Assembly (NCBI GenBank): GCA_016748015.1
Contig: JAAOMT010000553.1
Coordinates: 280,947 to 344,946, forward strand
Origin: Geosiphon pyriformis uo1
Lineage: Eukaryota; Fungi; Glomeromycota
Length of the DNA stretch: 64,000 nt
Direction of reading: 5' to 3'
Made by a program: the position numbers and the translations under genes. Positions 25,336 through 39,486 of the stretch are shown here, in pieces (position 1 is the stretch's first letter; the number at the start of each line of letters is the position of its first letter). Under the pieces are notes generated by a model, which searched no databases, had not been told where the DNA came from, and saw nothing but the letters and a program-made list of their open reading frames with translations.

Positions 25336-26127
25336 CTTCAGGCAAATAGACTAATTCTTTTATAAAAGAAAATTAAGATAATTTTTTTTAATATACTGTA
25401 TAATAATTAAATCAATTAATTAATCAATATAAATTTTTGTTTCTTCAATTATTTGTCAAGTTAAAAGACGATGTGTATAACCTGCTCCTGGATGAATACG
25501 TTTTGTTGTTATCGTTGTTATTGTTGTTGGAAGATTTGTTATCGAGTCGTTATTTATCATTTCTTTTACGTTTTTATCGATTCTAAAAACTGGAGAGACA
25601 GTTTTAGCCTCTTCATATGTAAACTCTATATCTGTAAACTCTATATCTGTAAACTCTTCATCTGTAGACTCTTCTATCATTGACACTTCATCTGTAGACT
25701 TCTCATTTTTAGACTTCAACTTAAATCGCCAATATATTTCGTCAAGTTCCAACAACTTACGAAAAACTTCTCTGGCAGTAGGACAATTCTCAGGATTAAC
25801 ATCCCAACACTTTTCAATGAGTTTAGCATAAGAAGGGGAATAAGTGGAGAGGTAATCTTAGGTCTTTGACCATTTAAAATAGCCATTATAAAGAATATGA
25901 TCATGAGAACAATCATGAAAGGGAGGCTTTCCTGTTGCTAATTCGCATAATAACATGGCAAAACTATAAATATCACCAGTCATTGTGAGCTTTTCTCCTC
26001 TTAAACCTGTATAGAGTTATTTTATGCTGCTATTGTTTCTGACTCAATCCAAGATTTCAAATAATTATATACGTTGTAGTAGGTTTTAGATTGTAGATCA
26101 CCATGAACCATGCTACTAGAATGAATT
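25336..26127 (-). pseudogene. TKL kinase pseudogene K2 (C-lobe fragment; deletions and frameshifts)
   Basis: Remnants IHSSSMVHGDLQS (~26090-26127), GDIYSFAMLLCELATGKPPFHD, frameshift near 25835, HPGAGYTHRLL, and microexon 25336-25356. No exon 1 is visible. Confidence 0.88.
25613..25703 (-). repeat. Imperfect 15-bp tandem repeat (STDEE/FTDIE units) inside K2
   Basis: tctgtaaactctata x2, tctgtaaactcttca, tctgtagactcttct, and further degenerate units. Confidence 0.8.
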
Positions 26128-26933
26128 ATAATTAATTTAAGTGTAATTCACAATTTATGGGGCCAATGGGTAGCTCTTTGAATATTATTTATAAATCATC
26201 TATCCATATTGTTTTATAAATAGTACAATATATCTTAATCGATCTGGGCACTTTTTACGCTTGTTGCAATCATAAACTTCTAAACAAGTTTTTTAAATTT
26301 AAAGGTTTTCTATATGTTGAATAATATTTGAATAAACATTATAATAAAATTAAATTTGGCGAATTCTATCTGAGTCTTTACTCTGAACCTTAAAAAGAAG
26401 GATTCTTTTTAACTATAGCAATTTTTTTCAAGGGCAAAATCCCTATTTTGACTTGGTATCTGCGAAAACTAAATTAGAGTTTTTAAAAAATAAATTGAAA
26501 AATTTAATATTTCTAACTGTGAAACCAATTAAGTAATAATTAACTTGAATATTCATTATTTACTCTATTACTAGCTTTTAGCCTCAAATTTCAATGAGAT
26601 TCAAGATCTACCATTGAAAAAATCATTACTTAAAACTTTATCAAAATGGCGTTTGAAAGAATTTTACAATGGATTGCAGATAGTATTATCAATTCTTATG
26701 CCTAAAACGGATATAAAAGTTAACCGTATTCTTCATGATCTTCTTTCTGTTTTCAATATAAAACCGGAATTAGAGTTTAAACCCTAATTAGCGAGAAAAA
26801 TGACTTAAGTAGCATTATAAGTAATCATCATTTAAAAACTTTTTATACGAAATTCATAAAGGATCGTTCTATTAAAACTAGAATTTTAAGGCTGTTTCTC
26901 GTCAGATATCTTTAAACTAAGCAAATTTAATAT

Positions 26934-29153
26934 GTATTTTTTTATTTAACGTGCTAGCCCAATCACAATCTAATACAATATGACTACGTAGTCTTAAATT
27001 AGACGTGAATCACGCGTTTTCTACATGTGACCAGACACGAGCCCAGCCCAGGTTAAATTACGTTGAAGCAATTAAGGAAAACCTACTCTAAGCAGACATC
27101 TTACCTATGTATGCAACTAAAGTAGTACTATTTTTAACCATACCACTCATCCACTTAGAAGTGAATTCAGCAGTTGATTTAATTGAAGAAGCCTGAAGCT
27201 CCCAAAGAGCCATGATAGAATCAAAAGTGTTATGATCAATATTATCATTAGTAATATACATATTATCATCATTACTAACATTACTCTTTACAAAGCTTGC
27301 CAACTTCCAAACTCACTCTGCACAACTCACCACCAAAAGCAGTAACATCTTTCTTAATTACAAGCCACTTACCTTTCAATTCAGCATGTAAAGCAGAAGA
27401 GATATCAAACAACTTAGCAACCAAAACAACCAAAGTCCCAATAGGTTTTACTTAACCAATAAAACCAATACAGTTAATTCAAATTTTAAGAAAACCAAAT
27501 AAGGACTGACCAAAAGATTAACAACAACAACAGAAAAACTAATAACAGAAAAACCATAAAAGCAGATGCGAAAGTTGTAACATAAGATTAAACTTTAACA
27601 AAACACAACTTAAAAGTTTTGAAAAAGACAGCAAATTAAAATAACAATTTAAGAAAAAAAAATGATGCCATTTTACAATCTAAAGCCAAATGGCAAAATT
27701 TTAATATTTAAAACACTGCTAACATCCAGATATTTTCTACTAAATATAACACTTTCTTAAAATATTAGTTTTAATAACAACAGTATCTAAATTATTTTTA
27801 AAACTAAAAATAATAATTACATATTAAAACTGTTTAATAAGATCAAAAAACAGAAAATAAAACAGATTTAACCCTAAAAAATAGTTTTTTTTTTAATTTA
27901 CAAAAAAAAAATTCTGATATTATTTTTGTTTATTAAAGCTAATTAACATGTTAAAACAGCTGTAACTACATTAATAGATTTAAAATACACAATAACATAT
28001 TATTAAATAACAGCAAATTTAAGAAAACTTTAAAAACTTTACTATAAATACTAAAAACTATCTTAATATTAACTACAAATATATTTAAAAACATATTATA
28101 CAAACCAATAACAGCAAAAAAAGAAAAATACTTAAATACCACCAAAAATTTAGTTATTTTAAGAATAAAAAAAACAGAACCAGCAATTTTAACTTAAAAT
28201 ATAGTATTTAAAAAAAATTAAAAAACAAACTCTATACAAAAAAGCTTTATATTATTCTTAAATACAGACTTAATATTAATAAAACTATGTATAAACTAAA
28301 ATATAGTTTTAATAAAAGTCAATTTAATCTTAAAAAAAACATCAAGTATTAAAGTAAAAATTATTATTTAATAAACATTTAATAATTAGTGATAGTTTTC
28401 CAAATATTATTAAAAACAATATTAAAAAACAAAAAAAACCAGTTAATTTGATTTTATCTGATTAATTTAATTTTTAAAATTAAATAACCCAATAAATGTT
28501 TTGTTTTTTTTTTAAAATTGGTAATAATCTACTAAAAAACATTATATTTAACAATACAACCAGTAATTAATTTTGGTTTATTTTAAAAGACAGAACTGTT
28601 ATTGCTGTTGTTTATATTAAAAAGAAGACTGGTTGCTGTTGTAAAAATTTTATCCAAAATTTTATCTAAAATCATAAAAAAGATTAGTATAACAATAGTA
28701 GAAACAAGTAATTGCTATTGTTTTTTAAAGTCTTTGGCTTTTTTGGCTATTTGTAAAATAATAAAGATAGTAGTAGTGTTAAAAGCAGAAAAAACCAGCT
28801 TATTAATTGGCTTATTATTCAAAACTTTAAGGTTCTTAAAAGAAGCAAAAACAATACTAGAACTAATTCTAATGTGTTTCTTAAAAAAAACTTTGATTAA
28901 AAAAAAACCACTAATCAAAGATAAAAAAAGTGTTTCAAAAGCTGTCTTTGGCAGTTTTTTATTGTTAATACTTAAGAAGAACACTTTTAAAACATTTTGC
29001 CTAACTGCTTTTATAACAGAAAGAATTTTTCTTGTTAAAACTTTATTAGTTACTATAGAGAAAGTAATGTTTAAAACTTTTTTACTTTTTGCTTTAGTCA
29101 TGATCATAAAATCAGGAAAGAGAAAGAGTCTGTTTTAATTGTAATTAGTATTT
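26934..29153 (-). mobile_element. Non-autonomous ORF1(Gag-like)-only retroelement, ~2.2 kb, with LINE-shared 3' end, poly(A) tail and 8-bp TSD
   Basis: Minus strand: ~45-nt leader, decayed ORF from ~29107 (MIMTKAKSKK..) through a zinc-knuckle remnant (~27672-27725) to ..WMSGMVKNSTTLVAYIGKMSA* (27088). 3' UTR 26948-27036 matches LINE 2743-2835, followed by a poly(A) tail. TTTAATAT is duplicated at 26926-26933 and 29154-29161; the empty site is at ~34226-34270. Confidence 0.82.
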
Positions 29154-30523
29154 TTTAATATTTTTTACATAAAATCAATGCAAAGTAAAACTTGAAAAAA
29201 ATATTTGAATTAAAAAGTTATTCTCATATTAAAGTAATAAATATATAATTTATTGTTATTTTTTAAACTTAATAAAAATTAAATTTTCAAATTTATATTG
29301 TAAAACAATATCGAAGAAAGAATAAAAAAAGTGAATAAAAAGTTGTATTCACTTAAAGCTAGAATAATTGTAAAAAATATTAATATAGTTTATGAATTTT
29401 AATAAAAACATAAACAAAAAATCTAGTTAAAATTTATTAATGTAAATATAGTTTAATGTTAATAAAATATTTTATTTATTTAAAAGTATTTAGAGTTAAC
29501 TAATCAATAATATTAAAGTATTTTTTGAAAAATCTTTGAATTTTATAAAACACTATATTTTATTGTTTTTGATATATATAAATTACTTTTTATAATTATT
29601 CTAGTTTTGAAATTAAAGTAAATATTGATAATATTTGAATTAAAAGTTATATGTAAATTTAAAAATAAAATAAAGAAGACTGTTAATTTAAATTTATATG
29701 TAGTAAATATTTTTATTAAAAGTTTTTATTTGATTCAAAATAAATCATATTGTGAATTTCAATATTATTATTTAATTTTCTTGAAAAATTTTTCAACAAT
29801 ATTAGAATTATAAATTACCAAGTTTTATTGATAGTAACAGTCTTGGAATTACCCTGCCATTTAAAGTTATTAATTTATCTTAACTTCACCAATTTAAAAT
29901 TGAAAATACTCTTATTTGATATTTTCTAATTAATTGGCTTTATAATATTTTTATATATATTCCCAAGAGATTCTTCTTTTGGGAATATCGAAAGTTTTCG
30001 ATTGAAGCATCCAAAATTAGTATAAAAGAAACCGAGAGCTAATAAAAACAAGAATTAAAAGGATTAATGTAAATTTTTTATTTTAGTGTTAGGCAAACTA
30101 AAAATAATTATTTTAATACAAATATCTATTTTTATAGCATAACCTTAAAAAATAATTTATTTCGACAGATAAGCCTTTTTATTATTTAGAAAATTTGAAA
30201 TAAAAATATCAAGATTTTGTTTTACGCATCGAACCTTAAATCTATTGTTGTTGCTATTGTCCTACAAATAAATTGAAAAACTTGTTTGGCGCCTTTATGT
30301 ATTATAGCTACTAACTTTATTTATAGTTAAACTTGTGTGAGTATGATTTGTAGCGAATAATGATTTGTTAACATATAGAAACAGCATAAATAGGGACTCT
30401 GCCTTTAAAAAAGTACTTTCTAAACGTACTGTTAATAGAAGCTTTAAAAAAGCCTTCTTTTGAATTATAACCTATTCACATTTTAAACTTTATCACCCTT
30501 ATCATTTGTCTTTTATTCACATC

Positions 30524-32171
30524 ATGGAAAACAAAGAAATTAAAAGAATTCGTCCAGAAACACATGATTGCAACCTGTGTGAATTGTGTCAAAAGAGTAT
30601 TAAATGCAATAGGGATAATAACTGCGCTGCATGCCAGTTCATATTTTTTGAAAAACTTTATAAAGACTTTTCAAGTGGCAATACATTAGTTGATGAAATA
30701 ATTAAGAATCCAATCTATATTCCACCTAATATTGAAAGAAAGTATAGTAGAGTAAATTACTATGAATGGATTCCATGGGACCGTTTGTCAAATATCAACG
30801 AAATTGCTAGAGGAGGGTTCGGTGTAATTTATAAAGCAAATCTAATTGATGGATTAATTAATAAAGATACTATAAAACATCATGGTGAAATGGAATATAA
30901 AAGAGGAAGAACCAATTACTTAGGAAAAGAGATCGATGAAGTAGCAATAAAAACTATAAAAGTGAACAGTTCAGAAGTATTTAAAGAGGTAAACAAACTG
31001 TTATTTATATTTAATTCATATTTATCTATTATTTATTTTACAGTATATTATCGTATATTTATTTATATTAACTATTTACTTTTTTATACTGTGTTGATAG
31101 TTAAATATTCAAAGAGCTACGTTTATTAAGGGTGGTCGTGGGTATTTAAGTAATTGTATCTCTTCAATTTATGGGATTACGCAAAACGCTAAAACACTCG
31201 AGTATGGAATTGTGATGGAGTTTGCCGAACATGGAGACATGCGAAGATATTTATCAACAAATTTTCATTCTATGTATTGGGAAAATAAATTAGAGATTGC
31301 GCGTAATATAGCTTTTGGACTTGATTCACTTCATTCTTCTTGTATGGTTCATCGTGACCTACACTCTGGAAACATCCTACAATTAGATAAATACGAAGTG
31401 AATATTGGAGACCTCGGATTATGTCAACCTACAAACAATGAAGCAACAACAACAACAAACTCAGGAATAACAGGAAAAGACGCGAAGGAAAAAAAGATAT
31501 GTGGAGTGATTCCATACATTCCACCAGAAGTTTTAAGAGGAGAAAAGTTTACTGAGGCTGGTGATATTTATAGTTTTGCCATGTTATTATGGGAATTAGC
31601 AACGGGAAAGCCTCCTTTTCACGATCGTTCTCATGACCACCTTCTTATCATGGATATTTTCAATGGGGCTAGACCTGAGATTACCTCCCCATTTATTCCA
31701 TCTTCAATTGCTAAACTCATTGAAAAATGCTGGGATGCTAATCCATTAAATCGTCCTACTGCAAAAGAAGTTTATGATAAGTTGAACGAACTTCATCCCT
31801 ACTATTCCGAGTTTTGTACATCAAATGACTACTTGCGGAAAATGGTAAAGCAAGACTCGACAACAAATTATTCAACGACAACAACGACAACGCGCATTCA
31901 TCCAGGAGCAGTTTTTACAAGTCGTGTTTTAACTGCACAGATCGTTGATTTTTCCAATGGTTAGTTTATCTATTTTTATATTGATTTTTTTATCGATTTA
32001 ATTATTATACAGTATATTGACAACTTTACTTTACTTTACTTTATTTTATAAAGAATTAGTTTATTTGCCTGAAGGTAAGAAATTAGATGTATCATTAATC
32101 ATTAAATGAAATTTATCCTGTTTAACACTTATTTCTCTTACTATTTATTATATTTAGATGACTCTTTATAG
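30524..32171 (+). CDS. Tyrosine-kinase-like protein kinase K3, apparently intact
   Basis: Exons 30524-30988, 31101-31959, 32054-32074, 32158-32171. VAIK, HRDLHSGN, DLG, GVIPYIPPE; no stops after splicing. Confidence 0.9.
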
Positions 32172-32868
32172 ATTTAATCATGATTGAACATCATAATTAT
32201 TAAACTCTACAATGAGATTAATATTATTAGTTTCAAAGGTAATAAAAAATAATATTCGTTCTTGTTATTTTTAAGTTTAATGTTTCATTGTTTGCTCGTT
32301 GAGTTAATCCAATATTGTAAATTCCTACCAAATCTCGATAATGTTGTAGGATATTGTCCGAATGTAGGTCACGATGATCACTTTTTTTCTTTTATATTCC
32401 CTCTTCCCTTGAACTTTTATTGATTAAACAGGTTTAATGATCAATAATTTTAAGTAGCTTTAGTACACAAAGAAGCCAAACTGTCTTTTTATCTAAACGA
32501 GTAGTTCTGAGATCTGTGAATAAGAGCATAATTACTGGGTTAAGCTAATTCAAAAACATAAAACGGAAATGAAATCATAAATTTACAATTGATTAGCATT
32601 TATTAAATAACCTCACTTTTATGAATCAAGAATTTATAAAGTGGTAAATAAAATAATTAAAAAACCAATCATTGTATCAGATAAAGTTTTATTTTGTTAT
32701 TTTAATTGAAATTTTTCTTTTAAAGTGCAAATTAGAAAAATGTTATATATAATCAACATAAAAAATTTGATAAAAATAGCTTTATTATTGTTTAAAAAAA
32801 ATAGCAATCAATAAATTTTATCATAATAATTTATTATTTTTATTTCTTTATTATTTTTATATTATTAT

Positions 32869-32905
<37 letters not shown>

Positions 32906-33496
32906 CAATTAATTATATTAAAATCAAAAAAAAATTATTTTGAACCACAGTCGAATTGATTAAAAAAAATTATACAAAATTAAAATAATATTTAAATTAT
33001 ATTTAAGTTAATTAAAAAATGATTTAAATAAAACAATTTTTAAATCACATATTATAAAATTTGGCAATAGAAAGTTTCAAAATACAATACATTAATAATA
33101 ACTAATAATTGAATTTAAATGTAAATTTTTTGAAATAAAAATTCATTAAAAATGAAAAAATTCTGTTATTATTATTGAGATTTAATGTTTTTTTATTTAA
33201 AAATAAAAATAAAAATTTGCTAAATATTTATCGAAAAATTAATTGCAATAATTTTAAAGTTATTGACTGGTTATAAATTTAATAATTATATTTAATAAAT
33301 TAATTATAATATAAAGATCTGTAATTTTATTTAGTAAAATTATTTACGATTTTTTAATAAATAAATAAATAAAAATATGACTTTTCAAAAAAAGTTTTAT
33401 TATATTTCAATTTTTTGCATCAAATTATATTCAAAAAATAAAAATTATTTACTTTTTATTAAATTAAATTAAATTATAAAATTTCCCTTCGGATAA

Positions 33497-33530
<34 letters not shown>

Positions 33531-35175
33531 TTTGTAAAAGAAAATTCGAGTTCAACATATAAATTAAATCAAAAATTAATCAAGATGCTTTTAAATTAAA
33601 TTAGATTAAGCTAAATAATATGGTTTATCTGATGTTTCACTTATCTGCGAACTTAAAGTGTGAATTAGCATGACTATGTCACTAAAATGAATTATAGTTA
33701 GTTTATACGCAACAACGAAATATAAAAAATCAAATATTATAATAAATATTTGTATGTTTGGCAAACTTTCATCATAATTCCATTTCTAATCCCTTTTATT
33801 AAAATAAATATAAAATAAATAAAATATTGAAGCCAGATAAATATTTTACTATTTCTTTCAAGAATTCATCATAAATTTTATTGAAATTTAACCTTCTCTA
33901 AATCTTTCGCATTCCGTTTTTTTTATTTCAACTAGGTGTATAGTATCTGAATAGATATCATAATAAATTTAGATTTGGATATTTTACTAAGATTTTTTAC
34001 TCTAAATTTCTAACTTAAAAAAAGACTTAAAACAGTATTAAAGACTGAAATGAATTTAAAGGATAACCATATTCTTCATAATTTTCTTTCTGTTTTCAAT
34101 ATAAAATAAAAATTAGAGTTTAAACTGTAATTAATGATAAAAATGACTAAATTTAAGTATCATTCAAAGTAATTATCATGCAAAACTTTTTATAAAGGGT
34201 CATTTCATTAAAAACTATAAACAAGGCAAATTTAATATTTTGTATACAAAATTAGTGTAAAGTAAAACTTGAAAAAAAATATTTAAATTAAAATTTATTC
34301 TCATATTAAATTTTTAAATTTGACAATTGATATTGTAAAAAAATATCAAAGAGTGAATAAAAAGAGTAAATAAATTGTAAAAAAATGTTAAATATTAAAA
34401 ATATTAATATTGTTTATAACTTTTAATAAAAATATAAACATAAAATTTTGTTAAAATTTATTATTATAACTATAATTTAATGTTAATAAAATATTTTATT
34501 TGTTTATTTATTTAAAAGAATTTTTTAATATTAAAATATTTAGATTTAATTAATAAATAATGTTGATATTGTTTTAATTAAAAATTATGCCTAACTTTAA
34601 ATAGAGCGTAAAGAAGATTTTTAATTTAAATTTAAATATTATAAATCTTTTTTTTTATTTAATTCTAAAAAAATTATATTGTGAATTTCAAATTATTTAA
34701 GCAAAAAAAATTATTTATATTTAAAATTCATTTAAAATTTTGTCAAACATATTAGAATGGTAAATTGTTGACGAACTTATTGATTGTAGCAGTTTAATCT
34801 GACCAATTTGAAATTCAAATCACCATTATTTGATTTTCTCTAATTAATTAAAAAAATTTTCTTTTAGATATTTCTAAAAAAATCTCTTTTCTTGAAAATA
34901 TCTTAATAGTTAAACACAAAAAATTATATAATCAATAGTGTTACGCTATTTCTTGCTTATGGTATTATTTTTATATAAAAGAATTAAACTATTCATTTAG
35001 CCAACAATGCAATTTAATATGGATTTGTAGCGAATAATAGTTTGATAAATAAAGATTCGTGAAACTATATAAACATAGAGAAACAATATAAATACGAATC
35101 CCCCCCATTTAAAATTTACCTTCTATTCGAATAATAGCCTATTCAATTTTATTCAAATTCACATAAAGTTAAACC

Positions 35176-36467
35176 ATGGAATTAAAAGAAATTAAAAGAA
35201 CAACTCGTTCATACAATCATGACTGCAACCTGTGTGAATTTTGTCAACTGTGTATTAAAAATAATAGTCGTATTTATTGTAGTGCATACAAGTTCACATT
35301 TTTTGAAAAACTTTATCGCAAATTTTCAACCGGCAATAAAGAAGTAGATGAAATAATTAAGAATCCAATCTATATTTCATCTAAGAGTATGTTTGGAAGT
35401 GATGAATTGAATTATTATGAATGGATTCCATGGGAGGGTTTGTCGAATATTAAGGAAATTGCTAAAGGAGGGTTCGGTATAATCTATAAAGCAACCTTAA
35501 TTGATGGATTAATTGATTTAGAAAGTATAAAACATCATGGTTCAATGGAATATAAAAGATGGGGAAAAAGGGAAGTAGCAATAAAAATTATAAAAACGAA
35601 CAGTTCAGAAGTGTTTAAAGAGGTAAACAAATTATTATTATTTATATTTATATTTAATTCATATTTATCTATTATTTATTTATTTATTTATTTATTTATA
35701 TTATCTATTTACTTTTTTACACTGTGTCGTTGATAGTTATATATTTAAAGAGCTATGTTTCTTAAGGAACAGTATTTAAGTTATGATATTTATAGTTTTG
35801 CCCCATGTTATTATGGGAATTAGCAACAGGAAAGCCTCCTTTTCATGATTTTTCTCATGATCATTTTCTTATAATGGCTATTTTAAATGGTCAAAGACCT
35901 AAGATTACTTCCCCACTTATTCCACCTTCAATTGCCAAAATAATCAAAAAGTGTTGGGATGTTAATCCCGAGAATTGTCCTACTGCCAGAGAAGTTGGGT
36001 ATAAGTTGAGCAGACTCTAAAGATTAGATTCCGAGCTTTTAGAATCAGAAAAGTACATAAAAAAAAAGTGCGGAAGGCGACGACTCGACAATAAAACCTT
36101 TAGGGATATTTTTACAATATATTCAAATCTTCAAAAAAACAAAGAAACGCGACGAGATAGCAAAACCCTCAACAGATTGTTCAAGGGTAATAATTCATCC
36201 AGGGGCAGTTTATACAAGTCGTCTTTTAACTGCACAAATGATTGATTTATCAACAGGTTTGTTCATTTACTTCAAGCAATAAACTTTAATTTAAATTAAT
36301 ATATCAACCATTTATTTTACTTAAATTTAGAGGATTTTTCTAAAAGAGAAATAAAATATTTGCCTGAAGGTAGGAAGTTAAATAAAATTGTAATAAAATT
36401 GGCATATTTTCATATTTATTTATTTATTTATATATTTTACTATTTATTATATTTAGGTAACTCTTAA
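35176..36467 (+). pseudogene. TKL kinase pseudogene K4 (catalytic core deleted)
   Basis: Exon 1 35176-35622 is open. Exon 2 starts TTA TAT ATT TAA (stop), jumps from ..YLS straight to DIYSF (HRDL/DLG region missing), and has a +2 insertion (TTTGCCCCATG, ~35797-35807). Confidence 0.9.
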
Positions 36468-37125
36468 TAGATCTAATTGTGATCCATTCGTAAATACTAT
36501 CTATTTTGAGATTCTTATTATTTTTGATTAGTTGCAATTTTCATAAGTGATATATTTTAGATAACATTTATTGCATTTAAATATTCAAATTGTATTAATA
36601 ACATATTAGATTCATTTGAATATGTCAAGATATATACTTTTATTCATTTCTTAATTTATTATAGAGTATTTTTAATAGTAAAAAATACATAAAAAAGTTC
36701 AAAAAATAAATTTAATTAATAAAAATTACAATTTTTCAATTCTTAAAAGAAAATGATATATATTAACAATATTTCTAATATAATATTGAAATTCTTTATT
36801 TAAAATTTTTTATTAAAAATATTATATTTAGATTTTTCATATGCGATATTTTATATTTAATGCTGACAGTTTTTCGTGAATGAAACAAACAAACAAACAA
36901 ACAAACATAAGAAATACCGTTGACATCAACAACAAAAAAATTATTGAAAAAAAAGTAAATAAATTTATCTTTTTTCGTTTTTATTATAGCTGAAAAATAT
37001 TTATTTAAATATTAAAATATTAAAATATTATTACAAATTACTCTAGTTGTGTGATTTAAAAAAAGGGTTTAATAGATTTTGCAAAATATATAATATTTAA
37101 ATATATATTTGAAATATCTTGGGGG

Positions 37126-37166
<41 letters not shown>

Positions 37167-37883
37167 TTAAGAGCAAAATATGAATTAATGAATAAAGTTT
37201 GATTATAAAAAAATATCTAAATAGACAAAAATATTTTACAATATTTTTTTATTAATTAAAACAAAAACTTAAATTTAATAGGTATATTTAAATAGTTTTT
37301 GTTTACTTTTTAAATAAATGTATCGAAAAATATAATTGCTTTCTAAAGACTAAAAGCTGTAATAAATTTTAATTAATTAATATAAATATTATTAATAATA
37401 ACGAATAAATCAAAAAATTAAATAAATAAATAAATAAATAAAATTTACTTATAAATTAATAAATTGAGAATTCAAATAAAATATTATACTTTAAAGAAAA
37501 ATTAATTAATTAATTCAAATAAGTTTATAATATAATTACACATTAAATTAAAGAGGTATATTAAATTTATTTTATATAGAAATAGTTAACATTTTACTCA
37601 TTGGTTCGATTTATTTGAGATCGTGTGGGTAATACTTAGGTAATCGATATTTGTAACCTTGAATTAAGTTAATGAGTAAATAGTAAAATATCAAACTCAA
37701 AAAATATAGCAATAAAATAAGGGAATATTATTTTTTAGATGTAAGAGAAAGCATTTTATAATAAATTAATATAACCAACTATTTTAACATAGTGAAATGA
37801 ATCTAATAAATTTATAATTAATAAAACAAAGGTTATCTAGGATTTACCATCAACTAATTAATGACTAATCACGATTAAATTTA

Positions 37884-39486
37884 TTAAAATTTGTCTAAAT
37901 ATAATAGATAGTGATATAAATAAGAGCATAGATTTTATTAATGATTAATGATAGATGTAATTTCTTATCTTCAGACAAATACACTAATTCTTTTATAAAT
38001 TAAATTGACATAGATTGACATAAATTTTTAATATACTATATATTAATTTAAATAAATGACTTATTCAATATTAAAATAGATAAACTAACCTTTAGAAAGA
38101 TCAACCATCTGTATAGTGAAAAGACGACTTGTATAAACTGCTCCTGGATGAATCCTTCTTGTTGTTGTTGTCGAGGGTTTTGTTATCTCCTTGGGTTTCT
38201 TAATTTTTTTAAGAAATTTAATATATTTTGAAAATTTTCCTAAAGGTTTTGTTGTCGAGTCGTTATTTACCACATTTTCTTTTATGTATTTATCTGATTC
38301 CATAAACTCTGAACTATAAGAGGAAATTCTACACAATTTCTCGTAAATTTCTTTGGCAATAGGACGATTCTCGGGATTAACATCCCAACACTTTTTGATT
38401 ATTTTGGCAATTGAAGGTGAAATAAGTGGGGAAGTAATCTTAGGTCTTTAACCATTTAAAATAGCCATTATAAGAATATGATCATGAGAACGATCATGAA
38501 AAGAAGGCTTTCCTGTTGCTAATTCCCATAATAACATGGGGCAAAACTATAAATATCACCAGCTGTTGTAAACTTTTCTCCTCTTAAAACTTCTGGTGGA
38601 ATGTACGGAATCACTCCATATATCTTTATCTTCTCTGCTGTTGTTGTTGCTTCATGGTTGACATAATCCGAGGTCTCCAATATTGACTGTATCTTCATAT
38701 AATTGTAAGATGTAGGTCACGATGAACCATACCAGAAGAATGAATTTTTGAAAGTCCAAAAGCTATACAACACACGACACTTAATTTATCTTCCCGACTC
38801 GTAGAATGAAAATTTGTTGATAAATATTTTCGCATGTCTCCATGCTCGGCGAAATTCGTCACAGTTCCATACTCGAGTGTTTCAGTGTTTTGCGTAATCC
38901 CATATATTGAAGAGATACAATTACCCAGGGTTATTAATAAACATATCTCTTTGAATATTTAACTTTCAACAGTATAAAAAATATTAGATAAATAAATATA
39001 AGTAAATAGGAATTAAATATAAATATAAGTAAAAAGACTTTTATTTACCTCTTTAAACACTTCTAAATTGTTCTTTTTTATAATTTTTATTGCTACTTCT
39101 CGCTCTCCATTTCGTTGATATTCCCCATTAAATCTTATACTTCTCTTATTAATTAATCCATCAATTAGAGTTGCTTTATAAATTATACTGAACCCTCCTC
39201 TAGTAATTTCTTTAATATTCGACAAACACTCCCATAGAATCCATTCATAGTAATTCAAATAACCATTCACATATTTATTAGTAGATAAAATATAGATTGG
39301 ATTCTTAATCATTTTATCAACTTCGTTATTGCCGCTGGAAAAGTCTTTATAAAGTTTTTTAAAAAATACGAACTGGCATGTAGTGCAATAATTACGATTC
39401 ACTTGAATAATTCATTGACAAAATTCACACAGGTTACAATAATGAGCCTCTGGACAAGTTGTTCTTTTAATTTCCTTTAATTCCAT
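37884..39486 (-). pseudogene. TKL kinase pseudogene K5 (full-length, multiple lesions)
   Basis: ATG 39486 MELKEIKR, early TGA ~39412-14, ~11-nt deletion in HRDLHSGN (~38710), the same +2 CC insertion as K4 (~38538-38541), TAA ~38448, tail HPGAVYTSRLF. Confidence 0.9.

Noticed and set aside
28602-29138. 178-aa plus-strand ORF
   Set aside because: Antisense shadow of the mutated ORF1; K/I/L/F-biased AT artefact.
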